DNA from: Nitrosopumilus sp.
GTDB lineage: Archaea; Thermoproteota; Nitrososphaeria; Nitrososphaerales; Nitrosopumilaceae
Direction of reading: 5' to 3'
DNA: 64,000 nt
Assembly (NCBI GenBank): GCA_965205675.1
Contig: OZ242186.1
Location: forward strand, 864,001-928,000
How positions within the stretch are numbered: the first letter of the stretch is position 1; every line of letters begins with the position of its first letter. The notes below the pieces were generated by a model that had not been told where the DNA came from, ran no database searches, and worked only from the letters and a program-made list of their open reading frames with translations. The position numbers and the translations under genes were made by a program. Positions 63,546 to 64,000 of this stretch are shown in pieces.

Positions 63546-64000
63546 CTAACTATAATTTTGTACAAATTCTCTCCTCTCCTTTAACATCCAATAAATCACC
63601 CTCAGGATCTTTGATGCACCAGCTACTGCAGCTTTGGATGATCCTCTTTTCTTTTTAATGCGATTGTAAAATTTTGTAATGTCACTATCCTTGGCATGAA
63701 TTGCATGAGTGTGTATGCATTCTGTTAGAACCCATCTCAATGTCATGCTTCCCCTTTTTGTTATTCTGCCATGGTGTATTGTATCTGCAGAGTTTCTAAC
63801 TGATGGTACAACTCCTGCATATGCACACAGTTTGTGAGAATCATTGAATCTCTCAATATCTGCAATCTCTGATGCAATGACAAGCGAAGAATAATGCCCA
63901 ATTCCCGGAATCGAGTTTATCAAAATTGCATCAGGATTAACTTTTACAGCAGCATACACTTTGGAATTAATCTCTGCAATCTGTAAATTAAGGTGGCTGA
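63345..64000 (-). mobile_element. IS110-family element, 3' part; recombinase C-terminus 63546 to beyond 64000
   Basis: SIPGIG, EIADIERF, AYAGVVPSVRNSA, TKRGS..LR, KAAVA; about 200 bp of 3' non-coding DNA. Confidence 0.9.

Overview
AT-rich chromosomal window from a Nitrosopumilus-like ammonia-oxidising archaeon (Nitrososphaerota), inferred from tbp, tfb, cofG/cofH, purM, aIF1, Tsr3, Sec61beta, PAC2, DUF1512/DUF2070 and a thaumarchaeal IPxWIK-type C-terminal motif. By my boundary calls about 17.5 kb (roughly 27%) is insertion-sequence DNA. This includes three IS630-family elements (A, B, D), an ISL2-like IS5 element (C) and its 140-bp MITE, and ISH3, IS3, IS5, IS1595, IS481, IS110 and IS6 elements, often nested or truncated. 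That load, plus a large repetitive surface protein, suggests a host-associated lineage (inference). The main discovery is a 3,173-bp IS6-family transporter transposon (59390-62562) with perfect 49-bp TIRs and an 8-bp TSD. It carries a SWIM-finger transposase, an AbrB-like mini-regulator and a complete methyltransferase plus PD-(D/E)xK endonuclease pair. A box C/D (K-turn)-like RNA, a uORF and a T-tract lie in the transposase leader. Nearby, an IS110 has a 200-bp 3' non-coding region whose predicted internal loop matches its own insertion site, as expected of a bridge/seek RNA. Also present are AbiE and HicBA toxin-antitoxin pairs, a chromosomal C/D sRNA candidate, a four-way-junction RNA candidate and tRNA fragments. 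All calls were made by eye, without database searches.
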